Shown piece by piece: positions 60,192 to 64,000 of a DNA stretch of 64,000 nt (within the stretch, counting starts at the first letter, position 1; each line of letters starts with the position of its first letter). The stretch covers positions 216,207 through 280,206 of the forward strand of contig JAXLQX010000004.1 of NCBI GenBank assembly GCA_046331405.1, in the 5' to 3' direction. The notes beneath the pieces are model-generated. The model did no database searches and was not told the DNA's origin. It worked only from the letters and a program-made list of their open reading frames with translations. A program made the translations under genes and the position numbers. This stretch comes from Thermoanaerobaculia bacterium (lineage in GTDB: Bacteria; Acidobacteriota; Thermoanaerobaculia; Multivoradales; SZUA-115).

Positions 60192-60806
60192 CTAGCCCCG
60201 CAGCACCGCCCGCACCGGCGAGGCGTCGAGCCCCGCGAGCTTGAGCGGCAGGGCGATGAGCTCGTAGTCCCCCGGCGGCACGGCGTCGAGCACCAGGCCT
60301 TCGAGGATCACCACCCCGGCCCCGGCGAGCGCATGGTGGGCCGGCAGCTCCTCGCTGCCGTACGGGTCCACCGAGGGCGTGTCCAGCCCCACCAGCAGCG
60401 GCCCCTGGCCGGCGAGCCAGGCGGCCAGGCGGGGCGAGAGCGCCGAGAACTGCGGCGAGAAGCGGTGGCGATCGGCCACGCTGCCGGTCCTGAGCAGGAG
60501 GCGGGGCGGGGGCGCCGGGCCCAGGCTGCCGAGATGCTCTGGCTCGAGCAATGGCACCGGGGGCACCGCCAGAACGCGGCAGGGGCCGAGGAAAGCCTCG
60601 AGCGGCAGATCGCCGATGCCGGCGGCCCCGGCCTCGGTATGAAGCGGCGCATCCACGTGCGAGCCCAGGTGCAGGGTGGTGCGAATCACCCCCACGTTGG
60701 CAGCGGCACCCGCCTCGAGGGCGTACTGGAATTCGCCGGAGAACGGCTCGTCCCCGGGCCACACGGCGAGCTCCGGGCTGATCGCAGGAGAGATGTCGTA
60801 GAGCAT
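60192..60806 (-). CDS. cyclase-family protein (kynurenine formamidase / arylformamidase-like)
   Basis: HxGxHxDAPxH motif (LHLGSHVDAPLH) characteristic of the putative-cyclase (KynB) family; 204 aa. Confidence 0.75.
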   Translation of the reverse strand: MLYDISPAISPELAVWPGDEPFSGEFQYALEAGAAANVGVIRTTLHLGSHVDAPLHTEAGAAGIGDLPLEAFLGPCRVLAVPPVPLLEPEHLGSLGPAPPPRLLLRTGSVADRHRFSPQFSALSPRLAAWLAGQGPLLVGLDTPSVDPYGSEELPAHHALAGAGVVILEGLVLDAVPPGDYELIALPLKLAGLDASPVRAVLRG

Positions 60807-60887
60807 CGCCCCAGTCTACGGTTCCTGGCAGGGGGATGTTGGGGGCCCCGGCGGGGCGTTTTGCTATCCTGACTGTCGAGAAACCCC

Positions 60888-61496
60888 ATGGCTCTCGCCG
60901 AACAGCTGCTCCCCCTCGAGGCCGAGTACGACCTGCGCCCCGGTTTTGCCGGGCCGGTGCCGGCCGAGCAGTTCGAGCGCTGGCCTCAAGAGCCAGCGCG
61001 CCCGTTCGAGCTGGTGGAAGGATGGGTCGTGCCGATGAGCCCGGGGACGGTTCCCACCGGCGCCGCGCTGGTGTCGTTGATCTCGGTGCTCGCACCCCTG
61101 GCCCAGAAGAGGGGCTGGCAGCTGCTGGCGGACGCCCGCCACCGGCTGCCGGCTCCGCCCCAGACGGTGCTCTTTCCGGACCTCGCACTGCACTGCACCG
61201 GCGAGGGCTTGACCACTTCTGCCGAAGGAACGGCGCTGCGGCCGCCCGAGCTGGTGATCGAGCTGCTCTCGCCGGAGACCGCGGAGCGGGATCGCGGCCC
61301 GTTCGGGGCGAAGTTCCTGGCCTACCAGATGAGCGGTGTCCGCGAGTATTTCTACGGCTTGCCCGGTGGCGACGAGGCCGCGGGCTTCGTGCTCGATTCG
61401 GGCGTCTATCGCCGGCTCGAGCCGGATGCCGAGGGCTACTTCCCGAGCCAGGTTCTGGCTGCCGCCCTGCGACTCGCCCCGGCCGGTCTGCGCTAG
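60888..61496 (+). CDS. Uma2-family (DUF820) restriction-endonuclease-like protein
   Basis: PELVIELLSPETAERDRGPFGAKFLAYQMSGVREYFYGLP matches the Uma2 core (P-x-lviEVlSPsT...D...K...Y...GV.EYw). Confidence 0.7.
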   Translation: MALAEQLLPLEAEYDLRPGFAGPVPAEQFERWPQEPARPFELVEGWVVPMSPGTVPTGAALVSLISVLAPLAQKRGWQLLADARHRLPAPPQTVLFPDLALHCTGEGLTTSAEGTALRPPELVIELLSPETAERDRGPFGAKFLAYQMSGVREYFYGLPGGDEAAGFVLDSGVYRRLEPDAEGYFPSQVLAAALRLAPAGLR

Positions 61497-62035
61497 CGGC
61501 GGGTCCAGGGGGCCAGGCGGCTCTGCAGCTGGCCGCGGCAGCGCTTCACGGTCTGGCGCACGCTCGAAGCCTGATAGCCGAAGAGCTGCTGCAGCTGCTC
61601 CGAGTTCGGCTCCTCGAGCCAGCAGAGGAAGAAGGCCCGCTGCTTCGGCTTGAGCGTCGCCACCGCTGCGTCCAGGTCCACGCAGAGCTCGCGGTAGGCC
61701 TGCTCGCCGGCGACCGGCTCGGCCATCTCGTCGAGGTCCGGCGAATCCACCTCCACCAGCCAGCTGCGCCGCCGCCGGCTGCGCCAGTACATGCCGCAGA
61801 GTTTGCGCAGGGTGCCCACCAGCCAGCCCTGCGGCGAGCTCACCTCGCCCCATTTGTAGACCAGCCGGAGCAGCGCCTCCTGCACCAGGTCCTCGGCATC
61901 CTCGTAGGGAATGCGATAGTGGGCGAGCACGCGGCGCAGCTCCGGCCGCACCACCTGGAGCAGGTACGACAGATCCTCTTGCTCGGCGACTTCCTGCGAG
62001 AGGGTGGGCGATGTTTCGTTCCTCGAAGACGTCAT
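61493..62035 (-). CDS. RNA polymerase sigma factor, ECF subfamily
   Basis: Region 2 (YEDAEDLVQEALLRLVYKW...GWLVGTLRKL) and region 4 (LKPKQRAFFLCWLEEPNSEQLQQLFGYQASSVRQTVKRCRGQL); 180 aa; convergent 4-nt overlap with the Uma2 gene. Confidence 0.75.
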   Translation of the reverse strand: MTSSRNETSPTLSQEVAEQEDLSYLLQVVRPELRRVLAHYRIPYEDAEDLVQEALLRLVYKWGEVSSPQGWLVGTLRKLCGMYWRSRRRRSWLVEVDSPDLDEMAEPVAGEQAYRELCVDLDAAVATLKPKQRAFFLCWLEEPNSEQLQQLFGYQASSVRQTVKRCRGQLQSRLAPWTRR

Positions 62036-62071
62036 AAAGACTCTTTCGAGGAAAGATCTTACCTCAGAGGA

Positions 62072-62758
62072 TCACTCCTGCGCAGGCTCCAGGGCTTCCA
62101 CGCAGCGGGGCGAGTCGTTCGCGGGGCTGTTGACGAAGCGGGAGACCGGCCGCGCCTCCATCGCGTCGGCCGGATAGGGCGCCAGGAGCGTTTCCAGGCG
62201 GTCCTTGTCGGAGACGCCGGGGTCCAGCCAGAGTTCGTAGCACGCCGGGTCGAGAATCACTGGCATGCGGTCGTGGATTCCCGCCATCAAGGGGTTGGGC
62301 TCGGTGGTCAGCAGCGTGCAGGATTCGACCGGCTCGCCCTCCTTGTCCCAATGCTCCCAGAGCCCGGCGAAGGCGAAGGGCTCACCGCTTTTCAGTCGCA
62401 CATAGAAAGGCTGCTTGGTGCCGTCCGGGTTCTTCTTCCACTCGTAGAAGCCGTCCGCCAGCACCAGGCAGCGCTGGCGCTTGAACGCCGAGCGGAACGA
62501 AGGCTTCTCCGGCGCGGTTTCGGCGCGGGCGTTGATCAGCCGGCTGCCGATCGAGGGATCCTCCGCCCAGCGCGGCACCAGGCCCCAGCGCAGCAGCACC
62601 ATCTCCCGGCCGCTCTTGGCCCCCTTGGGCCGCCGCACCGCCGCCACCTCCTGGGTGGGCGCCACGTTGTAGCGGGGCCTCAAGCCCGGGATCTCCGGCG
62701 TCTCGAAGCGCTCGGCCAGCACATCCCCCGGCGTCGACAAGGTGTAGCGTCCACACAT
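62072..62758 (-). CDS. SOS-response-associated peptidase (SRAP; YedK/HMCES family) abasic-site processing protein
   Basis: N-terminal MCGRYTL (catalytic Cys2), conserved WGLVP, FYEW blocks; 228 aa. Confidence 0.9.
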   Translation of the reverse strand: MCGRYTLSTPGDVLAERFETPEIPGLRPRYNVAPTQEVAAVRRPKGAKSGREMVLLRWGLVPRWAEDPSIGSRLINARAETAPEKPSFRSAFKRQRCLVLADGFYEWKKNPDGTKQPFYVRLKSGEPFAFAGLWEHWDKEGEPVESCTLLTTEPNPLMAGIHDRMPVILDPACYELWLDPGVSDKDRLETLLAPYPADAMEARPVSRFVNSPANDSPRCVEALEPAQE

Positions 62759-62782
62759 CCCGGCCTCCTCTCGGCGAGGGCT

Positions 62783-64000
62783 TCATTCTAGTGCCGGCTG
62801 CTCCTGGCCCTTGCGGGGGGCGAAGTAGATCTCGGGCGAGAAGGCGTCCACCTCGATGGCGTCCCGGCGGGCGCGGGCGGCTTCCTGGAGGGCCTCGGCC
62901 TCGGCAGGTTCGAGGAGGCCGGCGGCGAGCCCCGCCTCCAGGGGGTCGCCGCCCCTGGGCAGGCGCCCCTCGCGCCGGGCCGCCTCGAGCTTCGCCTCGA
63001 GATGCGCCGTGGCGGAGGTCAAGGCCAGGGCGCGCTCCAGCCGGCCGAGCGGCTCCTCTTTGGAGGTGGGCAGGTAGATGCCCTCGGTCAGCCGCTCCCG
63101 GCCCTCGCCGGGCTGGCAGAGCAAGTGGGCGAGGCGGGCGTTGGTGGCGTCCGCCGGCGGCGCCGACAGGCGGTTGGCGCGCAGCCACAGGGCCAGCGGC
63201 GCCCGCAGCCAGCCGGGCAGGCCCAGGCCGGCCACGGCTCCTTCCGCCGCCTGCTGGATCTGGGCGAGCGCCTCGGCTCCGGCCCATTCGAGCCAAGGTC
63301 GATCCCCGTCGCGCCGGCCCTCCGACTCGAAGCGTTTGACCACCGCGGCGCCCAGGTAGAGCCAGCCGAGCATGTCCGCCAGGCGGCCGGTGAGCCGCTC
63401 GCGGCGCTTGAGCCGGCCGCGATAGAGCAGCAGGGCGAGGTCCGCCAGCACGGCGAAGCGGGCCGAGGCCCAGCCCAGGCGCCGGGCCAGCCGGGCCGAA
63501 GGGCCGGAGTAGGGAGGCAGCGCCAGCGCGCCGCGGGAGAGCTCCAGCCGGGCAAGGCGGGCGAGCTTCCCCAGGAAGGCGCCGAGCTGGGCGAGGGCTG
63601 CGGTCAAGAGGCGAGCACGGTCGCCGCTTGCCAGGGCCTCGAAGCTCCGGCGGGCCCGCGGGTCGGCGCGGAGCGCCCCCTGGCCGAAGACGATCAGCGT
63701 GCGGGTGAGCAGGTTCGCGCCCTCCACCGTGATGCCGATCGGCACGCCGGTCCAGGCGTCGGCCAGAAAATTCCGGGGGCCGCGCATCAGGGCGGCGCCG
63801 GCCACCACGTCCATGCCCAGGGCGGCCACCCGCCGGGCGAGCTCGGTGGCGTGGAGCTTGAGCATCGCCGCGGCCAGGGCCGGCCGCTCGCCGTCCTCGA
63901 GGGCGCCCAGGGTGGTGAGCCGCGCGGCGTCGAGCAGGTAGGCGAGGCCGGCAATCTCGCCCAGCTTCTCGGCCACCCCTTCGAGCTCGGCGAGCGGTAC
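62783..64000 (-). CDS. C-terminal part of a FadE-like acyl-CoA dehydrogenase (DUF1974-type C-terminal domain); 5'-truncated by the window edge
   Basis: ORF runs off the window end; sequence ...GITVEGANLLTRTLIVFGQGALR... and C-terminal IYLPTSKEEPLGRLE block resemble the FadE C-terminal domain by eye. Confidence 0.5.
   Translation of the reverse strand, partial: VPLAELEGVAEKLGEIAGLAYLLDAARLTTLGALEDGERPALAAAMLKLHATELARRVAALGMDVVAGAALMRGPRNFLADAWTGVPIGITVEGANLLTRTLIVFGQGALRADPRARRSFEALASGDRARLLTAALAQLGAFLGKLARLARLELSRGALALPPYSGPSARLARRLGWASARFAVLADLALLLYRGRLKRRERLTGRLADMLGWLYLGAAVVKRFESEGRRDGDRPWLEWAGAEALAQIQQAAEGAVAGLGLPGWLRAPLALWLRANRLSAPPADATNARLAHLLCQPGEGRERLTEGIYLPTSKEEPLGRLERALALTSATAHLEAKLEAARREGRLPRGGDPLEAGLAAGLLEPAEAEALQEAARARRDAIEVDAFSPEIYFAPRKGQEQPALE

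Noticed and set aside
57812-61188. Upstream extensions of track ORFs 57152..59869 and 57859..61188
   Set aside because: The portions upstream of the chosen starts (GTG 57811; ATG 60189) are P/R/G/A-rich non-protein-like read-through of neighbouring genes in other frames. The chosen starts have SD sequences or adjacency to upstream stops.

Overview
This window comes from a high-GC (~70%) bacterial chromosome, most likely Gram-negative (SurA-like chaperone, ELWxxDG repeat protein); the phylum cannot be determined from sequence alone. The first ~18 kb is a complete, translationally coupled dcw (division/cell wall) cluster: mraZ-rsmH-ftsL-ftsI-murE-murF-mraY-murD-ftsW-murG-murC-ftsQ-ftsA-ftsZ. 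It is preceded by a SurA-like PPIase and a candidate MraZ operator of three TGGA repeats at 10-bp spacing. murB and ddl are missing from the cluster. Directly after ftsZ sits a ~5.5 kb island of markedly lower GC (~53-60%). It encodes a soluble multi-GAF sensor histidine kinase, a single-domain response regulator, and a convergent two-gene operon of large proteins (444 and 364 aa) with no recognisable domains. This island is the best candidate in the window for an undescribed system.

The rest is accessory-rich:
- a VanZ-like protein, a pair of overlapping small genes (one loosely roadblock/LC7-like) and thiC with a clear upstream TPP riboswitch (thiC start re-assigned to a GTG with a perfect Shine-Dalgarno);
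- an ECF sigma/anti-sigma pair, a MetB/MetC-family PLP enzyme, and an FHA-domain sigma-54 activator whose GAFTGA motif reads GAATGV;
- carB;
- a secreted ELWxxDG-repeat protein convergent with a 2331-aa Sec-secreted SpvB-N/FG-GAP/RHS protein ending in RHS core, Hint domain and a ~125-aa C-terminal toxin-like domain carrying a DGRHR motif, with no downstream immunity gene and a Vps62/DUF946-like repeat protein immediately upstream sharing its ribosome-binding site;
- fumC, an aldo-keto reductase, a LamG-domain secreted protein sharing a Cys-flanked ~110-aa C-terminal module with the ELWxxDG protein, an S8 subtilase, and an operon of cyclase, YfhO-like membrane protein, ferritin-like protein and hbd;
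- a Uma2 endonuclease, a second ECF sigma factor, an SRAP/YedK protein and a partial FadE-like C-terminus.

Many long ORFs in the six-frame track are antisense or out-of-frame high-GC artefacts and were rejected.
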